The notes under the pieces: model-generated | Told to the model about the DNA's origin: nothing | The model's database searches: none | The model's input: only the letters and a program-made list of their open reading frames with translations | Origin: Bacillota bacterium | Lineage (GTDB): Bacteria; Bacillota; Ch66; Ch109 | DNA: 64,000 nt | Assembly: GCA_050952625.1 (NCBI GenBank) | Contig: JBMNLH010000005.1 | Coordinates: 32,001-96,000, forward strand | Direction: 5' to 3' | Position numbers and translations under genes: made by a program | Shown here: positions 1 to 11,319 of the stretch, in pieces | How positions within the stretch are numbered: the first letter of the stretch is position 1 | How the letters are laid out: each line of letters starts with the position of its first letter

Positions 1-29
1 TAAATATCCTGTTTTGGAATGGCGCGCTT

Positions 30-1457
30 GTGGCTTTTGTGTGTGGGCCCATACTCAGGATACAGATTACTACACAAATACTTTTACGCTCCACTGAAGG
101 CTCAGGGAAGGTCAATCAAGTGGAAGCGCCACGTATATATAAACGGATTGCTAACTTAGCCAAAGGGCATATTAATGGAGTCATTAGTGGCATTAAAGAT
201 AAAGGAAAAAATCAAAAAATAACTAAGGCTGATTTCATGTTTTTTAGTAACCCAATCTGCAGAGTATTAGTAAATAATTGCTGGTATGATAGGTTTTGTG
301 ATCCAATAAGGCAGGAGTTAGATAAGAGAGGCTACTATAGCTTATATATGGAAATGCTACATGATTATCGTATTCCACGATATAATTCTGGGACTTTCAT
401 ACAGTCAAAATTGGACCATTTTAAAATAGAATCTAGACTACTTATTAACGATACATCGGTAAGTAAATGGGAAGGATTTATTGGATTGACAGAAGAACTT
501 GCGAATGATTGGAGTATAAAAATATCATTTAAACAAGTAATAAGATCTATTCGGTATGTCGATCGATTAAGCAATTGGTATTCGGACATTATTAAAAAAG
601 CGCGAATAAAAGCGTGTTTTATGATTTGCTATTATTCTTTGGAAGGAATGGCGCTCAGCCTTGCATGTAGAAAATGCGGTATCCCTTCGATAGACATACA
701 GCATGGTGTTCAAGGTTCTGGTCATCGTGCCTATAGTAGCTGGACAAAGGTACCCCGAAATGGATACGAATTGTTACCAACATTCTTTTGGTGTTGGTCA
801 GACTATGAGGTAGATATTATTTCCGAATGGGGAAAAAAAGCAGTTGATCAACATAAAGCAATAGTTGCCGGAAACCCATGGTTAGATAAGTATCAACAGC
901 TTGCAAAAAGTGGTGTGTACAGAGTAGAAAGCAAGGAATTAGACATGCTTATTCACAACAAAAGGCGGATATTATTAATATGCTTATCGGGTATTCCTAC
1001 TTTCGGAGTCGGCCTTGACGATTTTCTGCTTGATACAATGAAGAATTCAGACCCTTCCTTTTTATGGTTGGTAAGAATACACCCAAGTGAGCTATCATAT
1101 CAAGAAAGCATTTGTGCACAGCTAAAAGAGCGTGGAATAAGTAATTTTGATGTCGAATTGTCATCTAAACTTCCCTTGCCATTAATACTTGAACGCACGA
1201 ATATACATCTAACACATTGGTCTACTACTGCATTAGAAGCAGCAGCCTATAACATACCGACTATTTTTCTTGATAAAAAGGGACCAGAGTTTTTTAGAGA
1301 ACAAATATCATTTAATTTATTATATTTTGCAAATGATAGCGAATCGCTACATAGTGCAATTGATAACGCTAAATGTGTTAATAAAACATGTGGAAAATCA
1401 AATAATAGTCTTAAAGATAGTGTATCGCTGTTATTAAATACGATTAAGAAAAACTGA
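30..1457 (+). CDS. Surface polysaccharide biosynthesis protein, GT-B fold (sialyltransferase/CDP-glycerol transferase-like); the true start may lie upstream of the window
   Basis: DIQHG, GNPW, RIHP and THWST-EA motifs; located in a polysaccharide locus. Confidence 0.6.
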   Translation: MAFVCGPILRIQITTQILLRSTEGSGKVNQVEAPRIYKRIANLAKGHINGVISGIKDKGKNQKITKADFMFFSNPICRVLVNNCWYDRFCDPIRQELDKRGYYSLYMEMLHDYRIPRYNSGTFIQSKLDHFKIESRLLINDTSVSKWEGFIGLTEELANDWSIKISFKQVIRSIRYVDRLSNWYSDIIKKARIKACFMICYYSLEGMALSLACRKCGIPSIDIQHGVQGSGHRAYSSWTKVPRNGYELLPTFFWCWSDYEVDIISEWGKKAVDQHKAIVAGNPWLDKYQQLAKSGVYRVESKELDMLIHNKRRILLICLSGIPTFGVGLDDFLLDTMKNSDPSFLWLVRIHPSELSYQESICAQLKERGISNFDVELSSKLPLPLILERTNIHLTHWSTTALEAAAYNIPTIFLDKKGPEFFREQISFNLLYFANDSESLHSAIDNAKCVNKTCGKSNNSLKDSVSLLLNTIKKN

Positions 1458-1535
1458 TCTATATTATTCGCAATCATATAGTCTTGAAGGTTACAATTTA
1501 GGGAAAGAACATGAATCTGTGAGTAAGGAGGCAAC

Positions 1536-3211
1536 GATCAAGTCCGTATAATGGTGTAAAAACAAAATGAGCCATAAATTCATTTCCTCGGTTAAGATAT
1601 AAGTGCCTATCAAATACCAAACCGAGGGAGGAATGAATCCATGACTCAGTTTAATATTACCCTAACCGAAGAACATTTACACGGACTTTTTGTTTCAAAT
1701 GGTCGGGATGAAGCATTTTCCAAACTACTGGAGGAGATCTTCAACCAAGTACTTTTAAAGCAGTCAGCAGAACAAATTGGTGCCGCCCCATATGAAAGAA
1801 CAGATGAACGGCTGGGCTACCGTAACGGCTTTCGGGAACGGCAGATGACCACCCGGGTTGGAACAATACATTTACGCGTTCCCCGCCATCGGAACGGTAA
1901 ATTTAGCACAGAACTCTTTGAACGCTATCAGCGCAGCGAACAGGCATTAGTCCTGGCATGATGGAAATGGTGGTCAACGGTGTCTCTACCCGTAAAGTCG
2001 AATCCATCACTGAAGAGCTTTGTGGCAAAAAATTTTCCAAGTCAACAGTCTCAGCTTTATGTAAAAAACTAGATCCATTAGTTCACACCTTTCGGACAAG
2101 ACCCCTGGAAAACCAATATCCATTTTTAATAGTGGATGCCCTCTACCTGAAAGTGCGAGAAGACAGCCGGGTACAGTCCAGGGGGCTCTTAATCGCCATC
2201 GGTGTAAACAAAGAAGGATGTCGTGAAATCATCGGTTTTCATGTAGCTAACACTGAATCTGAAAGCAGTTGGGGTGAACTCTTTGGTTCTCTTGAAGAAC
2301 GAGGACTAAAAAGTGTCCACCTGATCACTTCTGATAATCATAAAGGACTGGTAAATGCTATACAGAAACATTTTCAGGGAGCCACCTGGCAGCGGTGTCA
2401 AACCCATTTTTCCAGAAATATGTTGGACCAGACACCCAAGTCACACCAGCCGGAAATCAAAGAAGATTTACGACAACTCTATGAAGCAGTTGACATTGAA
2501 AGTGCCCGAGATACCCGGGATAAGATTATCAACAAATACGAATCCAAAGCACCGAAAGCTGTATGTCTTTTGGATGAAGCATTTGATGACATTACCGCCG
2601 TTTTAATCCTGCCACTAAAGTACCGAAAAAGACTACGCACCACTAACGGAGTGGAACGGCTCAACCAGGAAATACGGCGTCGTGAGCGGGTTATTCGCAT
2701 CTTTCCTAATGAACAGTCTGTGATTCGGCTGATGGGTGCACTACTAATGGAACAGGACGAGAAATGGCAAACAGGCCGTAAATATTTTGATATGGACCTG
2801 TACTACCAAGTGCTGCAAAAAAAAGCTTCCAATAATTCAGCCGTGGCTTAATGTGTTCATTCTCGACGCTACGTACCTAAAATTATCACACGGCCGCCCT
2901 TGACATGGAGGGCCTCTACAGCCCGTGTTTCGGAGAAGCGGCAGCGGGCCAGTGGATTGTTGTTAGAGGCACGCCCCTCTGCCTAGATAGGCTAACACGG
3001 GCTGCTCCTCCATGATAAAGGGTCTTCGCTTTGCTCCGATAAACGGCCTTTTGATTTAAGTTATTGCTTTACCTTTTAGAGAAATTGATAATTTCCATTC
3101 TCCATTCTTAATTATTTACATTCTTGGATTAAAACGGATGTTTGCATAGATAGGACAAAATCTTCACTACGTAGGTTGCCGAGGAAATTACACACTATTT
3201 TGGACTTGACT
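1536..3211 (+). mobile_element. IS256-family insertion sequence
   Basis: Imperfect TIRs: tcaagtccgtataatggtgtaa (1538) versus ttacacactattttggacttga (3188-3209); encloses a Mutator-type transposase; no target-site duplication visible. Confidence 0.85.
1641..2851 (+). pseudogene. IS256 transposase, frameshifted near 1958
   Basis: YRNGFRER, GVSTRKV, WQRCQTHF and RTTNGVERLNQEIRRR motifs split across ORFs 1641-1961 and 1958-2851 (one base missing at ...ctggcatgatggaa). Confidence 0.9.
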
Positions 3212-3515
3212 ACCACTGCTGGCTTGGTTGCGATATATAGATGTACATGTAACACAATTTTCAACTTGCATTATTGAGGCAGAAGCCTTTAAAGTACCTT
3301 CAATTATAATTCATGAAAATGGAGTAGATATGTATAAGAAGCAAATAAAAAATGGCATAGCAAAAACGGCATTTAATGCACTTGACTTAAATAATAAAAT
3401 ACGCACTCTAACTCATGAAAAGCATAAAATGGGGTATTCAAATGATTTGGAAATTACTCAAAATGCTTTATTCGAAAAAATTATAAAGAAAATAGCTAAA
3501 GCAGAACTTACTTAG
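3212..3515 (+). pseudogene. 3' remnant of a paralog of the 30..1457 gene
   Basis: PLLAWLRYIDVHVTQFSTCIIEAEAFKVPSIII aligns by eye with PLPLILERTNIHLTHWSTTALEAAAYNIPTIFL; begins at the IS end. Confidence 0.75.
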
Positions 3516-3567
3516 ATTTACGAGTAGAACCGGGTTAAAGCGGAAAAGGCGGGAATTTAGAACCGTA

Positions 3568-4386
3568 TTGAGCCATGATGTTGATGCACCTTTTGCCCAA
3601 GCATTTACCGGTGTTTCGCGGCTTATTCGCAACTGTGGCGGCGACATTCTCAAACGAAAGTCACCTCTTATGGCCCTAAACCGAGTTAAATCCTGGCAGG
3701 CTGTCAAACGAGGCAATTATCGTCAGGATTTGAACTATACCTTTGATCGTATTATGGACATCAGCGAACAACATAACTTGCAGAGTGCCTTTTATTTCAA
3801 AACCGCTTGTACTGACCCAATCTACGACGATAATTATTCCATAGATCATCCTTACATTAGGCAGCTAATGAGAGAGATTCACCAGCGGGGTCATGAGATA
3901 GGATTACATCCCAGTTACCTTACATATAATGATCCGGCCCAGACGCAGCGAGAATATGAACGATTAAGAACCGTCTGTGAGGAAGAGGGCATAAAGCAAA
4001 ATCAATGGGGTGGCCGTCAGCACTATCTGCGCTGGCAGGTCCCGGCCACTTGGCGCAACTGGGCTGAGGCCGGCCTGGATTATGACAGCACCTTGTCCTA
4101 CGCCGACCAAGCCGGTTTCCGCTGCGGCGTCTGCTATGAATTCCCGGTCTATGACCTGGAACAACGCAAGACTTTACCATTGATCGAAAGGCCGCTGGTC
4201 GTGATGGAAGGAAGTGTATTGGGAGAGCAGTATATGGGCTTAAATGGCATGGCAGCACTACAGGAAATGCAAAAGCTTAAAAATTGTTGCCGAATGTTTA
4301 ATGGCAATTTTACCCTGCTCTGGCACAACAGTTCTTTTCAAGAACCAGGGATGTGGGAGATGTATGAGGAAATTTTGAGAAGCTAA
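3568..4386 (+). CDS. Polysaccharide deacetylase (CE4/WbmS-like), probably 5'-truncated
   Basis: SHDVD, HEIGLH, GGRQHYLR, YDST and TLLWHN motifs; the frame runs upstream (GLKRKRREFRTV) to a stop at 3493 with no proper start. Confidence 0.8.
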   Translation: MSHDVDAPFAQAFTGVSRLIRNCGGDILKRKSPLMALNRVKSWQAVKRGNYRQDLNYTFDRIMDISEQHNLQSAFYFKTACTDPIYDDNYSIDHPYIRQLMREIHQRGHEIGLHPSYLTYNDPAQTQREYERLRTVCEEEGIKQNQWGGRQHYLRWQVPATWRNWAEAGLDYDSTLSYADQAGFRCGVCYEFPVYDLEQRKTLPLIERPLVVMEGSVLGEQYMGLNGMAALQEMQKLKNCCRMFNGNFTLLWHNSSFQEPGMWEMYEEILRS

Positions 4387-4493
4387 AATATAAAGATCCA
4401 CTTTGCTGCTTGGTAACTATGAAGGAAATCATCCTCTCCCTCCATTTTAATAAATAGATGTTTAGCATTAGAATTAGAAAGAGATAAACGGGA

Positions 4494-5741
4494 ATGGCAA
4501 TCTTTTTTGCTCGAGAGGAAATAATGAAAATTAAAATGAAAATTAATCAATTATTATCGTTCTGCATTATTATACTGTTTTATATTTTACGTAATATGTT
4601 GTCCTTAAACCCGGATATGGATCGTAATAAGATGGTTATTTTAGGAGGCCTAGCCTTATTAGGTATGATTATAGGTCTATATCTTACTATACGCTTATTT
4701 CTTAGTAAAAAAAAGGTCCTGTTCACTAAGAAGCAGTTTAGGGTCATTGTATTACTCATACTATTTACTTTAATGAGTTCGTCCCTATTCGCCATAAAGG
4801 GTGGTAGTCTTAAGGCCATATTTATGCTAATTTCCTGTTGCGGTGCCATTATAGTTGGACTTCTCAAGCCGTTAACAGATCGAAAATTGTCCATCGTATT
4901 AATGCTGATTGTTTTTGCTCATCAGTTTAACGTATTACTAGAGGGAATTAAAAGTCTAATTGCGTATAACTGGTGGTTTCCTGCGTTTAACATTTATTTC
5001 AGTAGTACGAATGGAACAGCTCAGTTTGCAGCTGTTTCAATGGCAGTTGTCCTGCTTATCTACTCACAATGTGAAAACCGAAAAGGCGTGCTCCAATCGG
5101 TTTTTATCGCTAACATAGCAATCGGAACAGCAATTATCCTTCTAAGTGCTTCACGAGGAGGCATTTTGGCGATATCATTGGCAGCCGTATACTGGCTATG
5201 GAAAGCAACCAGTCTTAAGGCACTTTTATTCAATAAGAGAACATACAAATATATTTTCGGAATAATTTTATTATGTACATTAATAATGAACACTATGACA
5301 CCCGTTCGCGCACAATTAATTGATTATTTTCAATTAATTAACAAGGTACAGCCAGATAATTTTTTCGAAAGTGAAGGCCGTACCAATATTTTAATGGAAG
5401 CTTTAGATCAAATTTTCTCAGACAGTAGCACCTTTTTATTGGGGCAGGATAAGCTATTTAGTACCATGCCCAAAACAGGATTCACGCATGCTCATAATTC
5501 ATACGTAGAAATGGTGCGTAATTTGGGGATCTTCCCTTTGCTATTACTGGTACTACTATTAATTACATCGACCGTTTCTAATAAGAGTTCACCTTGTATT
5601 TATATAATGGTAGGGTTAATTATTATTTTTATTAGAGCTTTTTTTGATGATGTGATTTTATGGGCTACCTTTGAGGAGTTTTTCTTACTCTGGCCGATAG
5701 TACTTTTAACGTATAGGAAGAATTATTTAAAGAAAGTATGA
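4494..5741 (+). CDS. O-antigen polymerase/ligase family membrane protein
   Basis: Many TM segments; SASRGG and HAHNSY motifs. Confidence 0.8.
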   Translation: MAIFFAREEIMKIKMKINQLLSFCIIILFYILRNMLSLNPDMDRNKMVILGGLALLGMIIGLYLTIRLFLSKKKVLFTKKQFRVIVLLILFTLMSSSLFAIKGGSLKAIFMLISCCGAIIVGLLKPLTDRKLSIVLMLIVFAHQFNVLLEGIKSLIAYNWWFPAFNIYFSSTNGTAQFAAVSMAVVLLIYSQCENRKGVLQSVFIANIAIGTAIILLSASRGGILAISLAAVYWLWKATSLKALLFNKRTYKYIFGIILLCTLIMNTMTPVRAQLIDYFQLINKVQPDNFFESEGRTNILMEALDQIFSDSSTFLLGQDKLFSTMPKTGFTHAHNSYVEMVRNLGIFPLLLLVLLLITSTVSNKSSPCIYIMVGLIIIFIRAFFDDVILWATFEEFFLLWPIVLLTYRKNYLKKV

Positions 5742-5759
5742 GGAGAAATACTATGCTTA

Positions 5760-6431
5760 TATACATAGTCAATATGACTGGGACGCTTTGGGCAAGCTGG
5801 TCGAGATTACGCCTGGACACAGTGTGTCAGCCTTTAAGATAAATGATCTGTATAACCTAATCGACATACATTTGTTTAATCAGCAGGGAATCAGTACCCG
5901 GATCCGGGGTGAGCAACAGTATCTTTCAAGAGAGCGAATAGTTAAGGCTAGAGCACCTTGAACATGCTAGTCGTTACCCTGCAGGCTTATCAATATCGAT
6001 CTGGATTAAAGTCAGCTGATTATCGTAAGACCATGGATCAGTACCAAGGCTTTGCGAATGAACTGGCATATCTCATGCATGAAGAAGGCCTAGCCCTTTA
6101 CCATCAAGGCATGGAGCTACAAGAGCGCCAATTCTATTTGTTCAGCTATGCGTTGATTTTTATGAATTGGGATCCATTTCTGCTCTGGTTTATTTTCATG
6201 GCACACTGGCAGCTAAACCAAAATCCGCCCTATATCGGAAAGCCAGCGATGCCCCTGAAACTATTTAATGATATGGGCCACTTCATGGGAGTACAAAGCA
6301 GTTTCAAAGGGAATCACCCTCCTTTTGTTGAAGAGATCCAGCAGGATATGCGAATTAGCCTAGAACAGGCCAAACATTTTGTTTTCTTAGGCTACCAACT
6401 ACCTGAAGACGATCTGATTATAAGAATATAA
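5760..6431 (+). pseudogene. Degraded SIR2-like domain gene
   Basis: Open frame YDWDALGKLVE...KARAP then a frameshift into the 5958 ORF; FMNWDP (SIR2 TxNYD-like) and FVFLGYQLPEDD (FxGYSxxD-like) motifs. Confidence 0.5.
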
Positions 6432-6522
6432 TACTATCAGCAAACGATTTCAATCTAGGTTTCAAATATGGGTATAATAAAATAAAGACTCTATTAGATA
6501 GAGTAATAGGGGTGAGATCTCT

Positions 6523-6798
6523 ATGACAATTCAAGCCGTGGAAGAACGAGTAAAACAATTCATTTCTCAGCTAAAAAAAGAGTGGGATAACTTGGCTATT
6601 GAATACGCGTATGACGCTCAGGAGAACACATGGAATATATGGCATTTTAACTATAGGTTACAGTATAACGATATGGATTTTCAGAAATCGGTGGGGAAAT
6701 TAATTAGAACACTTTTTTTTGACCAGGGGATTTTTAACATATCCTTTGGCTATAAACACAATGGGAACAATTCATACAAAACCATTCCCCTGGCTTAA
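6523..6798 (+). CDS. Hypothetical protein, 91 aa
   Basis: ORF with RBS ggggtga; TGnTATAAT-like -10 near 6470. Confidence 0.55.
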   Translation: MTIQAVEERVKQFISQLKKEWDNLAIEYAYDAQENTWNIWHFNYRLQYNDMDFQKSVGKLIRTLFFDQGIFNISFGYKHNGNNSYKTIPLA

Positions 6799-6901
6799 TG
6801 TTTCCCTATATTAGAGAACATATCTCGACTGTTACCCAAAAAGCAGGCGTAAAACCAGTGTTATTAGCACCAATCAATGTATTAGCAATAAGGAGGAGGA
6901 T

Positions 6902-8449
6902 ATGCAAAATAAGAAAAAAGTCATTCGAGATGTGGTGCATGGTTACATACTAATCGATGCTCTTACTGAAAAGCTTATTAATACATACAATTTTCAGCGG
7001 CTTAAGGACATTCGGCAACTGACGGCACAACATGTCTATCCATGTGCCACACATAACCGGTTTGAACATTCATTAGGCGTAATGCACCTGGCAGAGCAGG
7101 CTTTTGAGGCTCTTAGACCCTTTCTCAAGGAGAAGGGCAAAACTACAGAGGAACTGGAAAGTCTCGGTTTGCATTTTAAAATCACGGCCTTGTTACATGA
7201 CGTTGGACATGCCCCTTTTTCGCATTTAGGGGAAAATTTTTTTCCGCCAAAGGAAGAGATATATTCTGCAATCCAAAAACAACTACGAGAAATTGACTAC
7301 AAGAAATCTTCGGTTGACATCTTTTCTTCCAATACGGCCAAACACGAACTTATGTCCTGTTATGTTATACTGTCCAAATTTTATCCCATACTAAATCGGC
7401 AGTTTGCCGACCGGAATATTAAGTTGGACATTGAGCTGATTTGCAGGGCTATTGTCGGCAAGACGTATGATGACATAGATAAACGATGGGCGGAGAACAT
7501 CATTATTCAGTTACTAAATTCGTCTACGATTGACATGGATAAGTTAGATTACCTGATGCGAGATGCATACATGACGGGTATCAGCGTTCCATCTATTGAT
7601 TCCGTTCGTCTTCTTAAAAATATTCAAATAAATGAAAAGACGAATAACGTTACCTTTGCTCCTCAAGCTTTACCTGTAATACAAAGCATTGTCGAAGCGC
7701 GTGATAACATGTATTTATGGGTGTATAACCACCACGTTGCGGTTTATACAGACTTTCTTATTCGTTATTATATTAAGCATCTTATACATAACGATGAGGC
7801 GGAACCGGGTAGCACCCAGTCGAAATATCGCGACCGCCTTAATCCACGACATTTCTTCTCATGTGATGCAATCGCAGAGCGAATGGCATCAGATTCTGAT
7901 TTATGGAGTGTCCTAAAGAGGCCTCTTTGGTCTCCTTGTGATGAGGATGATATTAGTCCCCATGGAAGGGTTCTGATTCCTCAACTCTTGGAGAGGCGAT
8001 TTTTGAAACCGCTTTGGAAAACAATATACGATTTTCGCCACTTTATGATCGAAAGTATTAAGGATGATACTATTCGAGAAGAAGTAATAAAGAATTTAGG
8101 CGATTCTGAAAAAGAAGAATATCGGGCTTACGTAGCTGAAGAAATACGTACCGCGTGTAACCTTCAATTGGGAGAAATACTAATAGTTCCTTGTTCCAAC
8201 AAATTTTATTCCCTAGCACCAAACACAGTTTTTACAGTATACATCAACGATGGTGAAAAGAAAATTAATACGCTACTTCCTCAGAAAGACTATAAAGAGC
8301 TTTATGGAAAGGTATCCTTTTATGTTTTCTGTCGAGGAGACAGAAAAGATGATGTTGAGAAGGCATTTATTAAGCTTATCAATGATAAGCCCTTACCGCC
8401 TGTAGAAAAGTTAGAAAACTATGTAACCCGAACGAAGTGGGAGATGTAA
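6902..8449 (+). CDS. HD-domain dNTP triphosphohydrolase (SAMHD1/dGTPase-like)
   Basis: RDVVHG, FQRLKDIRQL, HNRFEHSLG, LLHDVGHAPFSH and DMDKLDYLMRD motifs. Confidence 0.85.
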   Translation: MQNKKKVIRDVVHGYILIDALTEKLINTYNFQRLKDIRQLTAQHVYPCATHNRFEHSLGVMHLAEQAFEALRPFLKEKGKTTEELESLGLHFKITALLHDVGHAPFSHLGENFFPPKEEIYSAIQKQLREIDYKKSSVDIFSSNTAKHELMSCYVILSKFYPILNRQFADRNIKLDIELICRAIVGKTYDDIDKRWAENIIIQLLNSSTIDMDKLDYLMRDAYMTGISVPSIDSVRLLKNIQINEKTNNVTFAPQALPVIQSIVEARDNMYLWVYNHHVAVYTDFLIRYYIKHLIHNDEAEPGSTQSKYRDRLNPRHFFSCDAIAERMASDSDLWSVLKRPLWSPCDEDDISPHGRVLIPQLLERRFLKPLWKTIYDFRHFMIESIKDDTIREEVIKNLGDSEKEEYRAYVAEEIRTACNLQLGEILIVPCSNKFYSLAPNTVFTVYINDGEKKINTLLPQKDYKELYGKVSFYVFCRGDRKDDVEKAFIKLINDKPLPPVEKLENYVTRTKWEM

Positions 8450-8788
8450 TTCTAAGACCGGAGCCACTAGGGGTGAATGTCATGAACTATGCAAAAACTG
8501 AAGCAACGCTACCAGCAGTTTAACGGGAGCACTAGATTTGTTATCAGTATCATTGTACTAGTGACCGGAGGCGTAGAAGGAAGAGATTTAGAAAGAATAA
8601 ACCTGATTCACAGGATAGTATTTACGGCTGAAGATACGTTATATTCCATATCCTTCATTCCCGATGGACTTGAACCGATTGGAATTGACCGGCTAGAAAG
8701 CCACCATTCTATAAGGTTAAAAAGCGAAGAATCGGACAGGTTTTAGCTGGAAATGTATCATTAACATCACAGGGAGAATACGTATTTA

Positions 8789-9898
8789 ATGAAAATTGTA
8801 ACCATTATCGGTGCCCGGCCGCAGTTTATAAAAGCAGCCACAGTATCCCGGGCAATAGCGGAATATAACCAAACCTTAACCGAAGGCCAGGAGCCAATAA
8901 AAGAAATCCTGGTTCACACCGGGCAGCACTACGACGAAAATATGTCGGATATTTTCTTTGAAGAGCTAGGTATACCATATCCCGATTATCACCTGGGGAT
9001 TGGCTCAACCAGTCACGGTGCGCAAACCGGCAGGATGCTGGAAGAGATTGAAAAGGTACTCCTTGGTGAACAGCCTGACCGGGTACTGGTATATGGAGAT
9101 ACCAACTCAACCCTAGCCGGGGCACTGGCAGCCGCCAAGCTTCATATCCCAGTTGCCCACGTTGAAGCGGGCTTGCGGTCATTTAACCGACAGATGCCCG
9201 AGGAAATAAACCGGGTTCTCACCGACCACATTGCTGATATACTCTTTGCCCCGACCAAGGCCGCGGTAGATAATCTTAAACGGGAGGGTATTGGTGAAGA
9301 AAAAATCCACCTGGTTGGCGATGTCATGTATGATGCGGCACTTTATTATGGTAAACGAGCCCAAGAGTTAAGCCAAATATTAGACCAGTACCAACTTCAG
9401 CCAGGCAAATACATATTGACTACCATTCATCGGGCTGAGAATACTGATGATCCTGTTCGTCTCAAGGCAATTTTTGAGGGGCTAGTACAGGTAGCGAAGG
9501 AAATCCCGGTAGTGTTGCCCTTGCATCCTCGCACCCGGGCAGCCTTAATACGGGATGGCTTACATGAAATGGCCATTAATTCTCTTATTGTAATCCCACC
9601 AGTTGGTTATTTGGACATGGTTATGTTAGAAAAAAATGCCCGTTTGATTGCTACTGATTCGGGTGGCGTGCAAAAGGAAGCTTATTTTTATAGAGTGCCC
9701 TGTGTTACCTTGCGGGAAGAGACGGAGTGGATAGAGTTGGTGGAAACGGGGTGGAACTACTTACTTGAACCATCTGATCCAGAAAAGATAGCTGCCAGCA
9801 TCAAAACACGTCTTGATAACAAAGGTTGTATATATTTTAATTTTTATGGGCAAGGTGAAGCTGCCAAAATGATAATTAGTAAACTAAGATCTTATTAG
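8789..9898 (+). CDS. wecB: UDP-N-acetylglucosamine 2-epimerase (non-hydrolysing, WbpI-like)
   Basis: GARPQFIK, HTGQHYD, GDTNST, HVEAGLRS and TDSGGVQKEA motifs. Confidence 0.92.
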   Translation: MKIVTIIGARPQFIKAATVSRAIAEYNQTLTEGQEPIKEILVHTGQHYDENMSDIFFEELGIPYPDYHLGIGSTSHGAQTGRMLEEIEKVLLGEQPDRVLVYGDTNSTLAGALAAAKLHIPVAHVEAGLRSFNRQMPEEINRVLTDHIADILFAPTKAAVDNLKREGIGEEKIHLVGDVMYDAALYYGKRAQELSQILDQYQLQPGKYILTTIHRAENTDDPVRLKAIFEGLVQVAKEIPVVLPLHPRTRAALIRDGLHEMAINSLIVIPPVGYLDMVMLEKNARLIATDSGGVQKEAYFYRVPCVTLREETEWIELVETGWNYLLEPSDPEKIAASIKTRLDNKGCIYFNFYGQGEAAKMIISKLRSY

Positions 9899-9966
9899 GC
9901 AATAACTGACAACAGAGATAGTTTGTGTAACCATAGAGTCATAATAGTCTTTACGAGGTTTAGAAG

Positions 9967-11187
9967 ATGAAAAACTGTTTAATGTTTACTTATGCATATG
10001 CTCCTAGCTTTAATGCAGGGGTTCAGCGTCCTTTGAAGTTTGCTCATTATTTACCAAGCTATGGATACAATCCAATAATTATAACAGCTCAATTAACAAA
10101 TGATAACTTTCATGAAAAGGGTATATATAGAATTGGTAATAATTGGATAGAACTTGAATTAAATGGTGGGATAAAGTCAATACCGTTGCGAATGTTAAGA
10201 CGAATTCTATATCAGTCAGGAATCATACAGGGATATAATTATTTTTGGTATAAAAAAGTTTTAAAGATCCTGCCGAAGATAGTAAAAGATGAGTCGCCTG
10301 ATATTATTTATGCTACTTATCCACCGATTGAACCAGTTATGTTGGGAATTGCTGCTTCAAAACAATCGAATACTCCATTGGTAGTTGACTTCAGGGATGG
10401 TTTCGTGTTTGAACCTTTTGCTCCTGTACTTTTTCCTGCAGCTATTCGTAATAAAAGAACAGAAAAACATGTTGTTGCTAATTGTCACCATATTATTGGT
10501 GCGACTGAACCTATTACAAACTATTTTCGACAGCACTACCCTGGAATTAATGCAAGTACAATAACCAATGGTTTTGATAGCTCAGATTGGTCTGGACTTA
10601 AACAATTTGATTTAGGAACTAAGATCAATATTGTTTATACTGGTAGTCTGAGTACTGCAGGTGCTAATAGAACGATAGAGCCTCTATTAAAGGGCATAGA
10701 TTATCTAACGAAAGAGGAAAGGGAGTCAATTTCTGTTTATGTAATAGGAAACTGCACTGAACGAGAACGAAGTCAACTGATAAACGGGTATGGAGACATT
10801 TTCCGAATTATTGGATCAGTCCCTCGAAGAGAAGCTTTAAGGTATCAAATATCAGCAGATGTACTTTTATTAATAACAGGGACGGAAAACACTAGCGAAG
10901 CAACAGGCAAAATATTTGAATACTTAATGTCGGCTCGTCCAATTTTAGGGATTACAGGTCAAACTGTAGCCAGAAATATCATAGAAAAAACAGGGACCGG
11001 GATTTGTGTTGATCCTACTGATCCAGGTGAGATTGCAAATGTGTTAAATAAATTAATAAAATTGTACCCTAATTACGGTTTTTATAAGCCTGTTAATAAT
11101 GAAATATTGAAATACTCACGTAAAGAGTTAACAGGTCAATTAGCTCAAATATTTGATGGCATTTTGCACTCCCGAGTAAAAGGCTAA
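9967..11187 (+). CDS. Glycosyltransferase family 4
   Basis: GVQRPLKF, DFRD, YTGS and GKIFEYL motifs. Confidence 0.85.
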   Translation: MKNCLMFTYAYAPSFNAGVQRPLKFAHYLPSYGYNPIIITAQLTNDNFHEKGIYRIGNNWIELELNGGIKSIPLRMLRRILYQSGIIQGYNYFWYKKVLKILPKIVKDESPDIIYATYPPIEPVMLGIAASKQSNTPLVVDFRDGFVFEPFAPVLFPAAIRNKRTEKHVVANCHHIIGATEPITNYFRQHYPGINASTITNGFDSSDWSGLKQFDLGTKINIVYTGSLSTAGANRTIEPLLKGIDYLTKEERESISVYVIGNCTERERSQLINGYGDIFRIIGSVPRREALRYQISADVLLLITGTENTSEATGKIFEYLMSARPILGITGQTVARNIIEKTGTGICVDPTDPGEIANVLNKLIKLYPNYGFYKPVNNEILKYSRKELTGQLAQIFDGILHSRVKG

Positions 11188-11319
11188 AATAGTAGATTTG
11201 GAGGCTGATAAAAATGATAACCACAATCTTTTAAGAGTTTCTATTGTTAGTTATCTCGGATGTTTGAAAAGGATGGTCGCAGCTTTTTTAATATTCTCAT
11301 CCTCCATGTGAACTATCAT

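Noticed and set aside
8489-8746. 85-aa ORF between the HD gene and wecB
   Set aside because: No recognisable motif; looks like a patchwork of remnants, so no product can be supported
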